NCBI RefSeq assembly: GCF_001194135.2 | Contig: NW_026370633.1 | Coordinates: forward strand, 1-62,169 | Origin: Octopus bimaculoides | Lineage: Eukaryota | Reading direction: 5' to 3' | DNA: 62,169 nt | Part shown: in pieces, positions 25,255 to 37,651 of the stretch | Numbering within the stretch: the stretch's first letter is position 1 | Layout of the letters: the number at the start of each line of letters is the position of its first letter | Program-made: the position numbers and the translations under genes | The notes under the pieces: model-generated | Told to the model about the DNA's origin: nothing | The model's database searches: none | Seen by the model: the letters and a program-made list of their open reading frames with translations, nothing else

Positions 25255-25770
25255 ATTTCGTGTTAATTTATGTTCCAAATACCAGCTTAACCAGGACAAA
25301 GTCATTTGAATAAATTCTTCATTACTGCCAAAAATTAATTGAAACAAAGGCAGCGTATTTCTACAGAAATATGGTAAAAAAAAGGCGTTAAAGTGATCTA
25401 AATTAAAACCTTCCAGCAAAATTTCCAAAAAACCAGTTTAATTACGACAAAGTTAATTGAAACAAAAGCTAAGAGAAGGTTTAAAGTAATTTAGATCAAA
25501 ACTTTCCTTCGAAATTTTATATTAATGTTAATTTATGCTCCAAACATTAGATTAGTAATGACAGTTTTACTAAATTCTTCGTTATTTTAAAAATTAATTG
25601 AAACAAAGGCAGGGTATTTCAACAGAAAGATGCTAACAGAAGGGTTAAAGTGATTTAAATCAAAACTTTCCTTCAAAATTTTATGTTAATTTATGTTCCA
25701 AACACCAGCTTAATAATGTCAAAATTAACTAAAAAATTTTGATTGGAAGGTTTTAATTGAGATCACTTTG
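25255..25770. repeat. Intronic AT-rich duplicated repeat
   Basis: tgttaatttatg(t/c)tccaaa at 25261, 25527 and 25684; aattaattgaaacaaaggcag occurs twice. Confidence 0.75.
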
Positions 25771-25807
25771 GGATAAGCTAGAATCGAAAAAGGTTGTTGC
25801 AACCTAC

Positions 25808-25878
25808 CACAATAATGGCGATTCGGCCTCCTACGTCACCAACCACATTTAGAGGGGGTTTTTCTTTGGCTTGTAGCA
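25808..25878 (-). CDS. PRPSAP: PRPSAP coding exon 7
   Basis: (M)[23 protein letters not shown]; ttttctgcag / gtaggt; phase 1-0. Confidence 0.93.
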
Positions 25879-25987
25879 CTGCAGAAAAGACAAACAGACA
25901 GACATAGAATGTGTGTATGATAATGGTGAATATTTGTAATGATAATGATGATGATGATAGTAAGAACATCTACAACGGAAGACGTAC

Positions 25988-26192
25988 TTGGCAGGTACTC
26001 CAGTTCGTAGATCAGCCGGCCGCGGTCCTGACCAGGTAAGGGGGGTGAGTTGCGGCCGTCCTCGCTGTTAGCCTCTTTCTCCTCACCATGGATCACAGCA
26101 ATGCCCAGGCCTAGACGCTCTGCATACGACGTGACACGCTTCACCGAATTTGCGTTGCGGGAGACGATGACGGCATTACGGTAGTCTGGGAT
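25988..26192 (-). CDS. PRPSAP: PRPSAP coding exon 6
   Basis: [51 protein letters not shown]..; contains the PRPSAP-specific insert (DGRxSPP); tttccag / gtacgt. Confidence 0.93.
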
Positions 26193-26251
26193 CTGGAAAC
26201 AACAGAGAAGAAGAAACGGTTGAAGAATTTGTACAAGAAATATATACAAGT

Positions 26252-26694
26252 GGCGCAGGAGTGGCTGTGTGGTAAGAAGCTTGCTTCCAAACCACATGGT
26301 TCCAGGTTCAGTCCCACTGCATGGCGCCTTGAACAAGTGTTTTCTACTAGAGATTTGGGCTGACCAAAGCCTTGTGAGTGGATTTGGTAGACAGAAACTA
26401 AAAGAAGTCTGTTGTGTGTGTGTATATATATATAAAAAGACGGAAACTGAAAAAAGCCTGTCGTATATATGTATATATATGTATGTGTGTGTGTCTTTGT
26501 TTGTCTTCCCAATATCGCTTGACAACCGATGGTGGTGTGTTTACGTCCCTGTAACTTAGCGGTTCGGCAAAAGAGACCGATAGAATAAGTACTAGGCTTA
26601 CAAAGAATAAGTCCTGGGGTTGATTTGCTCGACTAAAGGCGGTGCTCCAGCATGGCCGCAGTCAAATGACTGAAACAATTAAAAGAGTAAAAGA
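26252..26694 (+). mobile_element. SINE family A, full length, in a PRPSAP intron
   Basis: A-box tggctgtgtggt, B-box ggttcagtccc, tail gaaacaattaaaagagtaaaagag. Confidence 0.88.
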
Positions 26695-26764
26695 GTATAT
26701 ATATATGCACACAAACAAACAGCAAAAGACCCTCCAGTTTATGCCAGGGGTGGTAGTCCCTTAC

Positions 26765-26880
26765 CGATTCTATGATGTATTGAATGAGGAACGGTGATGC
26801 CCTTAAATTGTCTACAGGAACATTGAAGAACCCTTGGATTTCCTTCTGGTGTAGATCCATTGTGATGATGTGCGTGAACC
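26765..26880 (-). CDS. PRPSAP: PRPSAP coding exon 5
   Basis: (G)[38 protein letters not shown]; gtcctag / gtaagg; phase 1-0. Confidence 0.95.
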
Positions 26881-27039
26881 CTAGGACAGAGACACAGAGA
26901 AAGACTTTTGAAAAGATGGAGCGTGATGTGCATAAAATAGGGGACAGCAAGCCAAAAAGGGGTCAATGAAGAAAACGCTAAACAACAACATCACCAACAC
27001 ACTAGATTACAGCATAATACAAGAGAATAAAATTCCTAC

Positions 27040-27212
27040 CTGATCTCGACAACATGGTAGCCAAAAGCTTACAAGCAATGGATCCTCGCTTCCTCATCTT
27101 ACTTTGTTGTGAGTACGGCAGGTAAGGTAACACTCCGACTATGTTCCGAGCACAGCTCGTCTTACAGGCGTACGAGATAATCATTAGCTCCCATATGTCG
27201 TTGTTGACTTCC
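27040..27212 (-). CDS. PRPSAP: PRPSAP coding exon 4
   Basis: EVNNDIWELMIISYACKTSCARNIVGVLPYLPYSQQSKMRKRGSIACKLL..; KMRKRGSI is the PRPSAP signature replacing the catalytic PRPS loop (RQDKKDKSRAPI); ctacag / gtagga. Confidence 0.95.
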
Positions 27213-27249
27213 CTGTAGATGGACAGAAAAAAGATGTTTGTAGACTGAG

Positions 27250-27590
27250 TGAGTGTTATATACATTAATTTGTTAGACAGATAGACAGACAAGCAGACAG
27301 ACAGATAGACAGACAGATAGATAGATGGATGGATTGATGGATGGATATATAGATAGATAGGTAGGTAGATAAATAGACAGACAGAGATAGATAGATAGAT
27401 AAACAGACAGACAGACAGACAAGCAGACCGATAAACAGACCAACAGACAGACAAACAGACCGACAGTTAGATAAACAGACAGACAGAGATAGATAGATAA
27501 ACAGACAGACAGATAGATAGATAGATAAACAGACAGACAGATAGATAGACAGTTAGATAAACAGACAGACAGATAGATAGATAGACAAAT
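27250..27590. repeat. (GATA/GACA)n compound microsatellite (similar tract at 28910-29140)
   Basis: Directly visible. Confidence 0.95.
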
Positions 27591-28090
27591 GACTGAGACC
27601 TTCGGCAATAGGATGCGCTTGAGAAGAAAACCCATCAAGCCAAGTGAAGTCATAGTTGTGACAGATATGGGTGCCATGCAACTGGCACCCATTACACTCT
27701 TGGAGTGGTTGGGGTTAGGAAGGGAAACCAGCCATAGAAACCATGTCAAATCAGACTGGTGTCTGGCGCAGTACCAGCAACGGCCATGCTCAAATGGTGT
27801 TTTTTATGTGCCAACTGCACAGGAGTCAGTCCAGCGGCACTGGCAACGACCTCACTCGAATGTTTTTTCACGTCTCACTGGCACAAGTGCCAGTAAGGCG
27901 TGACTGGTAACGATCACGCTCAAATGGTGCTTTATACGTGCCACCGGCATGGAAGCCAGACAGCTGCTCTGGCAATGATCACGTTCGGATGGTGCTGTTA
28001 GCACTCCACTGGCACGGGTGCCAGTCATCGAATTTGGTTCAATTTCGATTTTGATTTCACTTGCCCCAACAGGTCTTCGCATAGCGCAAT
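27590..28090. mobile_element. Family B-related composite repeat
   Basis: cactcttggagtggttgg..ttaggaaggg plus repeated ctggcaacg..cacgctcaaatggtgc units. Confidence 0.6.
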
Positions 28091-28196
28091 TGGGACACCA
28101 TAGCACACACCGAAGAGACCCCGCCACACAAACACACTGTACATCAGAGACCACCATTACACACGCATATCCTCATACCAGAGATCACATACTTAC

Positions 28197-28263
28197 TTTG
28201 TTGCTGTCTGAATGATGTAGACATCTTTGCCTCGGACTGATTCTTTGATTTCAACATTGGTTT
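28197..28263 (-). CDS. PRPSAP: PRPSAP coding exon 3
   Basis: (E)TNVEIKESVRGKDVYIIQTAT(K); attgcag / gtaagt; phase 1-2. Not in the ORF track. Confidence 0.92.
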
Positions 28264-29168
28264 CTGCAATGACACACATACAAATATTTGGTGAGTGCTT
28301 TCTTTATTTATTATTCTTTATTATTGTTATTATTATCATTATTATTATTGTTATTTTTGTTGTAAGCATTTAGTACCTGGTATGGATGCAGGATTAACAA
28401 GTTTGCTTCATAATCATGTTGTTCCAAGTTCAATCCCACCACACAGCACTTTTGAACAAGCGCCATCTAATACAGCCCCAGACTGACAAAAACCTGAGGG
28501 TATAATAAAAGACCCTTGCCTAAGGTGTCACACAGTAGGACTGAACCTATAACCATGTGGCTTAGGAACAGACTTCTTACCACATGTATTTAATGTACAT
28601 AAATTGTTTACACATTAATGCATTATTTTATAAAGAAGTTCTTTTAATATAATTAATTTCAATTTAAGAAAAAGTAATTTTTAATTATCGTGTCTGTATT
28701 TATTGTGATATAAAGTTTGCTTCTCAACTACATCGTTCCAGTTTCAGTCCCACTACATGGCACCTTGGACTAAAGAAAAATCAGGTTAACCAAAATCTGA
28801 GGCTATAATAGAAGACATACAGGCTTGTCCTTTGCAGGTGCCGGTGCCACTTAAAATGCACTTGTGCATTTTATATACACACACACACATATATATATAT
28901 ATACAGAGAGAGAGAGATAGACAAATAGATAAAGAGATAGACAGACGGACAGATGGATAGATATACAGAGTGATAGATAAAGAGATAGATAGATAGATAC
29001 ACAGTGATAGATAGAGACAGATAGATAAAGAGATAGATAGACAGACGGGCAAATAGATAGATACACAGAGTGATAGATACAGAGGTAGATAGACAGATAG
29101 AGAAATAGATACACTGACAGACAGACCTGTAGATAGACAGAGAGGTAACTAAAAGGTATGGCACTTAC

Positions 29169-29221
29169 CTCTATCACTCTTGTGATACGCCCTCATGTCT
29201 CCCAGCTTGATACCGAGACGG
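29169..29221 (-). CDS. PRPSAP: PRPSAP coding exon 2
   Basis: (D)RLGIKLGDMRAYHKSDR(E); tttgtatag / gtaagt; phase 2-1. Confidence 0.9.
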
Positions 29222-29329
29222 CTATACAAAGAAGAAGAAAAAAAAGTATAAAAGACATCAGGACTGTGAGAACAGAGCTGCTACACAAGCAGAATAACAA
29301 ACACGGCCTATGGTTCCCTATGCTGGTGA

Positions 29330-29990
29330 CATGTAAGGAGCACCACCCAAATATGGTCGATGCCAGTGCCTCACCGACTGGGTCCCATGCCGGGGTGGCA
29401 CGTAAAAAGCACCATCCGAATGTGGTCGATGCCAGTGCCTCACCGACTGGCNNNNNNNNNNNNNNNNNNNNNNNNNNNNNNNNNNNNNNNNNNNNNNNNN
29501 NNNNNNNNNNNNNNNNNNNNNNNNNNNNNNNNNNNNNNNNNNNNNNNNNNNNNNNNNNNNNNNNNNNNNNNNNNNNNNNNNNNNNNNNNNNNNNNNNNNN
29601 NNNNNNNNNNNNNNNNNNNNNNNNNNNNNNNNNNNNNNNNNNNNNNNNNNNNNNNNNNNNNNNNNNNNNNNNNNNNNNNNNNNNNNNNNNNNNNNNNNNN
29701 NNNNNNNNNNNNNNNNNNNNNNNNNNNNNNNNNNNNNNNNNNNNNNNNNNNNNNNNNNNNNNNNNNNNNNNNNNNNNNNNNNTGGTCGATGCCAGTGCCT
29801 CACCGACTGGGTCCCATGCCGGGGTGGCACGTAAAAAGCACCATCCGAATGTGGTCGATGCCAGTGCCTCACCGACTGGCTCCCATGCCGGTGGAACGTA
29901 AGAGCACCCACTACACTCTTGGAGTGGTTGGCATTAGGAAGGGCATCCAGTTACAGAAACCTTGCCAGATTAGATTGGAGTCAGGTGCCC
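29330..29990 (+). repeat. 69-bp VNTR inside a family B element, spanning a gap
   Basis: ggtcgatgccagtgcc at 29355, 29424, 29784 and 29853. Confidence 0.9.
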
Positions 29991-30587
29991 ATGAGCCTGG
30001 CTAGGCTTTAAAAAGGGCGCATTTATTTTATTTTAGTGCGTGAGTACTATACGACTACTATAGCCACAATGCCACAAACCTGGGGCTATAGCCACTAATA
30101 CTACTACTATACTATACATTAGATAATGTAGTCCTAGATACACTATGCCTGAATAAAAGATGGGATGGTCACAGCTTGAACGTCTTTGATTATAGGTCAG
30201 TCTGGATCACGACTGACCTGGGGTTAAACAATAACAACGACATTACGATCCTTCAATCCGTTCGTTAGACAAACACAGACGAACGTCTCCCCTCCGCTTC
30301 CCCCCATCCACCTCATATCTTAACACAAAAGCCGGAGCCACCACGTGGGTGCCCTACATTCTTATTNNNNNNNNNNNNNNNNNNNNNNNNNNNNNNNNNN
30401 NNNNNNNNNNNNNNNNNNNNNNNNNNNNNNNNNNNNNNNNNNNNNNNNNNNNNNNNNNNNNNNNNNNNNNNNNNNNNNNNNNNNNNNNNNNNNNNNNNNN
30501 NNNNNNNNNNNNNNNNNNNNNNNNNNNNNNNNNNNNNNNNNNNNCAAAAAAAAACATTCTTTTATTATAGCGAGGGATGCGTTAGAC

Positions 30588-30863
30588 CAGGGGTTTTCAA
30601 ACTTTTTGACTTGCGGACCCCTTTATATTTCAGGCTTTACCTTAGGGACCCCATTATAAACGCTTATGAAATTTACACATAAATATTTGCTTAAAATAAC
30701 ATATGTTTTTACATTTATTTATTTAACAGTATTTAACAAATAGGTTTATTGTCAATTAAAAGATTTCGATTAAAAAAACATATATAAAATCAAATTGCCC
30801 ATAAAAAGTATTTGCTGTCCACGGACCCCCTGTGGTCCGCGGACCACAGTTTGAAAACCCCTG
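30588..30863. mobile_element. hAT-type MITE, 276 bp
   Basis: Perfect 16-bp TIRs CAGGGGTTTTCAAACT / AGTTTGAAAACCCCTG; 8-bp TSD cGTTAGAC / gGTTAGAC (7/8). Confidence 0.93.
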
Positions 30864-31968
30864 GGTTAGACAACGCTTGTCCCCCGATAAGTTATTACCT
30901 GAAAAATAACTGCTACTGCTGCTACTACTACTTCTAATAATAATAATGATTTCCTTTATTTGCCACAAGGGCGAAGGATGAAGGGGACAATGCAAAGACA
31001 TGTGTTGGGGTTTACATATGAAATGATAAAAAAATAGAAAGGAGGGAAGTATGCTTAGCATACAATGGTTTAAAAAGAAAAACGAAGTGGTGGGGAGAAT
31101 GATGGAGACGTGGCCCTCCTGATACGGGAAGGCCTCTAGGGATAATCGCGGAACCCCACTGTCCGAGATTTGCCTGAAACCCCGGGAGCAGGTGCCCTCT
31201 CCGATTCAAAGGATATATTATTTTTGCCGTTTACGCAACTTCCACCCATAATAATAATCCTTTCTGTTGGAGGTAGAAGGCCTCAAGCTTTTGGGGGAGG
31301 AGACTAGTCGATTACATGGATATATTATTTTTGAACAAGAATGTTGTTGATAGTGACTTCGCCGTTTCAGCCATGGGTGGATAATGAATTAACTGGTTTA
31401 CACTCCGGTGTCAATGTCAACAACATTCTTGTTTCACAATAAATTTGTCCTCTACAAAATAGCGTTAACCCATTAGATTAATGCATAATTATTTTTTATT
31501 ATGGATACAAAAACAAGCTTACACACACACACACACATATATATATACACACACTATATATATATATATACACACCCGATTTCGGCCGACACATTTAGGC
31601 GGGTGAATTTTTTGCGCGTCGTTTATTCATGCACAGAAATCGCGGTCAACGTGAAACACCCGCGCAAATTTTATCACTGCTTATAGATATGTATAATCAT
31701 ACATACATGTATACACACACACACCAGTATGTATGTATGTATATATATATATATATATATATAATGTGTGTGTTTATTAATATTTAACAGAACGCAGTGA
31801 CTTAAGGTCCGAATGTTTCGTACGTTGACACATATGTGCGTGTGTTTGGTAAGTACCAACGCACGAAATTCACGAAACTTGAGTCACTGTTGCTTCTGCT
31901 AAATATTAATAATAACATACACACAGACTCATATTTTGCGTTCTATTTTTCCTGCTTGCACCAACAGA

Positions 31969-32027
<59 letters not shown>

Positions 32028-32315
32028 GCGCGTAAACACATACGGACACAGATATATGCATACAAACACACGCATAGATAATGGTAAATATACACGCACA
32101 TATATATGCATGTGTCCACCTACATAGACACATATATACACGTTTCATACACACACACGCACGTATACAGATAAATACATAATCGAGGTACATATACAAA
32201 AGTGCGCATATCTATATATGTATACACACACCTACGCACAAAGTACGTATACAAACATATGTAGGCAGAAACACAAACATATACACACGCGTACACACAC
32301 ACACATACTGGTATA

Positions 32316-32499
32316 TACGTGGGGGGGGGGGTACTGAAAAGTTCCTGGCTTTAAGGGTCTTGCGAATAGCCTAATTCTATAGAGGCCCAACTTTCTGAGT
32401 TCTTTTACTGAAGGACCGCTCCAATAGTTGTGTCAATTAAATGATCTTCCTGTATTTTTGTTTACCCAAAGCCAAGAACATTTCTGCACAACCTTCGTA
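32316..32499 (+). mobile_element. Mariner-derived MITE
   Basis: Ends tacgtgggg..gtactgaaaagttcctggcttt and aaagccaagaacatttctgcacaaccttcgta; TA at both ends; body similar to 24633. Confidence 0.8.
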
Positions 32500-32515
32500 T
32501 ATATATATATATACA

Positions 32516-32541
32516 CACGAGAGGGTGCTGAAAAGTTTCTG
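32516..32541 (+). mobile_element. Left end of a further mariner MITE, cut by a gap
   Basis: cacgagagggtgctgaaaagtttctg. Confidence 0.7.
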
Positions 32542-33136
32542 NNNNNNNNNNNNNNNNNNNNNNNNNNNNNNNNNNNNNNNNNNNNNNNNNNNNNNNNNNN
32601 NNNNNNNNNNNNNNNNNNNNNNNNNNNNNNNNNNNNNNNNNNNNNNNNNNNNNNNNNNNNNNNNNNNNNNNNNNNNNNNNNNNNNNNNNNNNNNNNNNNN
32701 NNNNNNNNNNNNNNNNNNNNNNNNNNNNNNNNNNNNNNNNNNNNNNNNNNNNNNNNNNNNNNNNNNNNNNNNNNNNNNNNNNNNNNNNNNNNNNNNNNNN
32801 NNNNNNNNNNNNNNNNNNNNNNNNNNNNNNNNNNNNNNNNNNNNNNNNNNNNNNNNNNNNNNNNNNNNNNNNNNNNNNNNNNNNNNNNNNNNNNNNNNNN
32901 NNNNNNNNNNNNNNNNNNNNNNNNNNNNNNNNNNNNNNNNNNNNNNNNNNNNNNNNNNNNNNNNNNNNNNNNNNNNNNNNNNNNNNNNNNNNNNNNNNNN
33001 NNNNNNNNNNNNNNNNNNNNNNNNNNNNNNNNNNNNNNNNNNNNNNNNNNNNNNNNNNNNNNNNNNNNNNNNNNNNNNNNNNNNNNNNNNNNNNNNNNNN
33101 NNNNNNNNNNNNNNNNNNNNNNNNNNNNNNNNNNNN

Positions 33137-33167
<31 letters not shown>

Positions 33168-33188
33168 TATGTATATGTCTCTACTCAC

Positions 33189-33307
33189 TCTGCTATAAGC
33201 TGAGCCAAGCCGGGATGCGAATTCCCTGCCAGAATCATCATGGGTCCTTTTTGGCCGAGAGAGCCCAGGTTGGAGGGCCGCGACACCACAACCTCTTGGC
33301 ATGCCAT
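33189..33307 (-). CDS. PRPSAP: PRPSAP coding exon 1 (start codon)
   Basis: MACQEVVVSRPSNLGSLGQKGPMMILAGNSHPGLAQLIA(D); donor GA/gtgagt; in-frame stop upstream; possible acceptor at 33317-33318; the downstream Met23/Met24 are alternative starts. Confidence 0.85.
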
Positions 33308-33477
33308 CACACCAAACTACAACGGTACGTTAATTTTTATCCTCTGTCTTCTCCCTATACAACAGGGGGGTAACCTTAGCAGTGATGGTCGCGTCTGGAA
33401 GCAAGCTAGACCTCTCTATATATAGATATATAGATATGGAAGAGGAGGTAACTCCTGTCTACCTGGTCTGATGAGAA

Positions 33478-33491
33478 CGGAAGTGACGTCA
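33478..33491 (+). promoter_or_regulatory. ETS-CRE composite element CGGAAGTGACGTCA, probable PRPSAP promoter
   Basis: Exact overlapping ETS (CGGAAGTG) and CRE (TGACGTCA) motifs, ~170 bp upstream of the PRPSAP ATG. Confidence 0.7.
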
Positions 33492-33981
33492 GGTGAAGTT
33501 TTTATTGAAATGTATTTTCGAATATATTTCTATTTATTTATTTATATTCGCTTTGATTGTTGTCTTTATTGTTGCTTTTTGGTTGTTATGGCATTGGCGG
33601 GATGGTGGTGGGAGAGTTGTTGTTGTTGGTGGAGGTGGTGATGGTGAAGACGAGGGAGATAATTATGGTGGTGGCGGTGGCGAGCTTCTTGTCCTAGTTC
33701 TTGCAGGGCCGTCTTAACAGCATTAACAACGTGCCCATGCCTTTCGCCGGTACTAATATATTGTGATGATAATGATGATGATGATGATGAGCATGGTGGT
33801 GGTGTGACGGCGTGGTATTATTTCATGCTGGAAAGCGACGAGCTGACAGGATCAAGGCCAGATTTGCCTTTCGGTTTTTCGGACTCGATGAAAAAGAAAA
33901 ATTTTTTAAATACCAGCTGAAATCAACCATTCCTACTGCCCTAGAATTTGAAGCCTTAGGCCTACAGCAGAAAGGATAAAA

Positions 33982-34350
33982 CTGGCAAGATGGCAGAATC
34001 GTTAGCGCGCCGGGCGAAATGCTTAGCGGTATTTCGTCTGCCGTTACGTTCTGAGTTCAAATTCCTCCGAGGTCGACTTTGCCTTTCATCCTTTCGGGGT
34101 CGATAAATTAAGTACCAGTTACGCACTAGGGTCGATGTAATCGAGTTAATCCGTTCGTCTGTTCTTGTTTGTTCCCTCTATGTTTAGCCCCTTGTGGGCA
34201 ATAACGAAATAGGTATTTAGTCTGTCTTTACGTTCTGAGTTCAAATTCTGTCAAGGTCGACCTTTCGGGGTTGATAAATTAAGTACCAGTTAGGCACTGG
34301 GGTCGATGTAATCGACTAGTCCCCACCCCCAAAATGAATTTGAGGCCTTG
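33982..34350 (+). mobile_element. SINE family C, tandem/partially duplicated
   Basis: acgttctgagttcaaattc..cctttcgggg..gataaattaagtaccagtta occurs twice. Confidence 0.85.
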
Positions 34351-34374
34351 TGCCTTCAATAATTTTTTTTTGTT

Positions 34375-34766
34375 TACTTGTTTCAGTCATTTGACTGTGG
34401 CCATGCTGGAGCACCGCCTTTAGTCGAGCAAATCGACCCAGGACTTATTCTTTGTAAGCCTAGTACTTATTCTATCGGTCTCTTTGCCGAACCGCTAAGT
34501 TACGGGGACGTAAACACACCAGCATCGGTTGTCAAGCGATGTTGGCGGGGGACAAACACAGACTCACACACACACATACATACATATATATATGTATATA
34601 CATATATACGGTGGGCTTCTTTCAGTTTCCGTCCACCAAATCCACTCACAAGGCTTTGGTCGGCCCGAGGCTATAGTAGAAGACACTTGCCCAAGGTGCC
34701 ACGCAGTAAGACTGAACCCGGAACCATGTGGTTGGTAAGCAAGCTACTTACCACACAGCCACTCCT
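34375..34766 (-). mobile_element. SINE family A, full length
   Basis: High identity to 51630 and 53520 and to the reverse complement of 26252. Confidence 0.88.
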
Positions 34767-35019
34767 TAATGATCATATAACTTGTTTGACATTGCATTTT
34801 TATTCTTCTCTTCCGCTTTGCAAATTCAGTGTGTGCACATGCACATTGCACATTCATGCCTCTCCTGCCAGTTCCTACTCAAAACTGTTTACAGATGACA
34901 ACCATCTCGTGAACCAACGGTCATCGAGAAACTCACCCTTGCACACATAGACACACATGTATACACCTAAATTCATGCACATACGCCTCTTAGCTTCATA
35001 AATAAGGGAGTACACACAA

Positions 35020-35103
35020 CACAGTCTTTGGTTAATTATTTATTTGTACAAAGCTCAAGAAATACTTAGAGTCGCTCGCTTTCGACGAACATTCCGGCGA
35101 CAA
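35020..35103 (-). other. Putative short terminal exon with a poly(A) signal
   Basis: Acceptor tttgcatttttctttcag at 35104-35105; AATAAA at 35044-35039. Confidence 0.35.
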
Positions 35104-35207
35104 CTGAAAGAAAAATGCAAACATACGTAACATATAATACACAATGTGTGTGTATAAGAGTGTGCATATATATATATACATATATACACACACACACACA
35201 ATATACA

Positions 35208-35250
<43 letters not shown>

Positions 35251-35817
35251 CATACAATATACAGTATGTATATAGACATATATGTTAATTAGCTGTTATG
35301 TAAATAGTTTATTAAGGTTTTGAATACATAATTTGACAGAATTAGTATATCTTGTGCTAGTTGTGTGGCGCTGTGGATCAGCAAAGAATACGGTGGCTCC
35401 ACTGTTGTAATTTGCATGTCTTAGCCATACTTCAGACTGTCTTTAAATATATATATGTGTGTGTGTGTGTGTATGTATGTAGGTATGTATAATAGTATAC
35501 CCAAGATGACAAAAATGAGTGTTTATCTTTTTTTTTTTTTTAATCATGAAGGATGATATGCATAGTTATTCAAAATGTCTCCTGATAGTCCATTGATAAA
35601 TTTACATAAATATTTGTTTGGCTTTTTTTTCACATTCTTTTCTCATCCATTTCTGTCTTTGCTTTTTCATTTTATTTATTATACTTTTGTTGCTTTTTTC
35701 TCTGTCAAAATTTCATCAATAGAAAAAGTTTTAATTGTGTCCTGAAGAATTTCTTCACATTAATTTTTTGAAATGATGATAGGATACAAATATATATATA
35801 CATATAAATACAAGGTG

Positions 35818-35858
<41 letters not shown>

Positions 35859-35996
35859 CATGCTAGTACAAAACAGGATAAATAGAACTTAAAACATGAG
35901 TATATACAAGTATATATAATATGTGTGTGTATGTATACACACAGAATTTAGGTTAGTTGAAATATGTTTGTGATATATATATACATATATATATAT

Positions 35997-36375
35997 AGTG
36001 ATTTGAGGGAAATTTGGCTGCTGTATTTAACAGATTAATTGACCACATACAGGTCAAGACAGTGATTTGAAGGAAATTTTGCTGCTATTTTTAGCAGGTC
36101 AAATTACCACATACAGGTCAAGGCAGTGATTTGAGGAAAATTTTGCTGCTATTTTTAGCAGAATTAAGTTACTACATACAGGCCAAGACTGAGTGATAAG
36201 AGAGCAATTTTGCTTCTATTTTTAGCAGATTAAGTTACCACATACAGGTCAAGACAGGGATTCATGGGAAATTTGGCTGCTATTTCTAGCAAATTAAGTT
36301 ACCACATACAGGTCAAGACAGTGATTTGAGGGCAATTTGGCTGTTATTTTTAGCAGATTAAATTACCACATACAG
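35997..36375. repeat. ~64-bp x6 tandem array, continuing as degenerate units to ~37500
   Basis: gtgatttgagggaaatttggctgct..cagattaa..accacatacaggtcaagaca near 35998, 36062, 36126, 36193, 36257 and 36321. Confidence 0.88.
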
Positions 36376-37651
36376 GATCCCTCATTTGGCTATTGTGTCA
36401 AGCTTGATCAAGTTGATCCTATCATCAAAAGACTTTCTGCCCATGACCATCCAGGTTATTACTACCAACAGACCATGGTATATCTAGGAGTACATTGTCT
36501 CAACGTGCTCAGGTTTCCATGTTTCTGATAGACGAGAGGCAGCAGATTGATCCAACGGAGAACTTACTGCTGTTACTTTTTAGCCCTAGGTTGGAACCAC
36601 TTAAGAAGACCTACAATCAAAAAACAATCCAGATATGACCATCACCATTTGTCTAGGTATATTATCTAATGTGTCCTTCGCTTCCTTTTTTTTAAAGACT
36701 AGTGGTTGGAGAGACTTAGCTGCTTTTTCTAACCAACCTTGACATGACCACCATCATTTGTCTAAGTACATCTAGGACTACACTTAAATCAGTAGTGACT
36801 GAAAAGAGATTTGGCTGTAATTTCTAGCGAATCGATCAGCCAATCCAGCTGTGACCATCACTATTTGTTTAGATGTATCTAGGACTACATTGTCAAATGT
36901 GACCTTCCTTTTTCTAAAGACAGTAGTAATTTGAGAAAGATTTTGGCTGCTATTTCTAACCAGTTGATCAGATAATCCAGCTACGACCATCACCACTTGT
37001 CTAGGGATATCTGGGACTACATTATCAAATACGACCTATTTTATGAAATGGGAGAGTGTAGCTTAAGGTAGTTTTAGCTGCTGTTTCTAGCAGGCCAAGC
37101 AACCACAGAAAGAGACTTCCTTTCTGGCTCAACTTTTGGTGTTTAACTGTGACTGAGCAGACCTATGATCAAAAGCTTTCCAACCACGACCACCCTGTGT
37201 AGCTTTTCTTTCAGGCATTGTATACCTAAGAATACATTAATCAAATGTGTCCTTTGTTTTTATCAGACAGTAAGGTGTAAGTTCAAAGAGATTTAGTTGC
37301 TATTTTTAGCACACTGAGCAACCATATAGGAGCTGTGATAGTTTTGTTATTGTTTAGCCCGGGGTCAACCAAAGGAGACAGACTTATGATGCATGGCATG
37401 CCAGCCATGCGTATCCTATCAGGACTCACATTGCCTGATGCACCAAGAATGGTAGGACGAGACTCAAAGGAGATTCAGCTGCTATTTCTAGCAGGACAAG
37501 AGACCACACTGGATTTGGCAGTGATGGTAGGTGTAGCAGTGGGTGGTGGTGGTGGTGGTGGTGGCATTGATGATGCCCACACTCCACTCCACCTGTACGA
37601 CATACTATGTGCCCACATGTGCACCCCTTGCCACCGCCTGTCCACCAGGTG

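Noticed and set aside
25027-33307. Calling the gene a catalytic PRPS
   Set aside because: It has KMRKRGSI instead of the RQDKKDKSRAPI loop and carries the DGRxSPP insert, both PRPSAP hallmarks.
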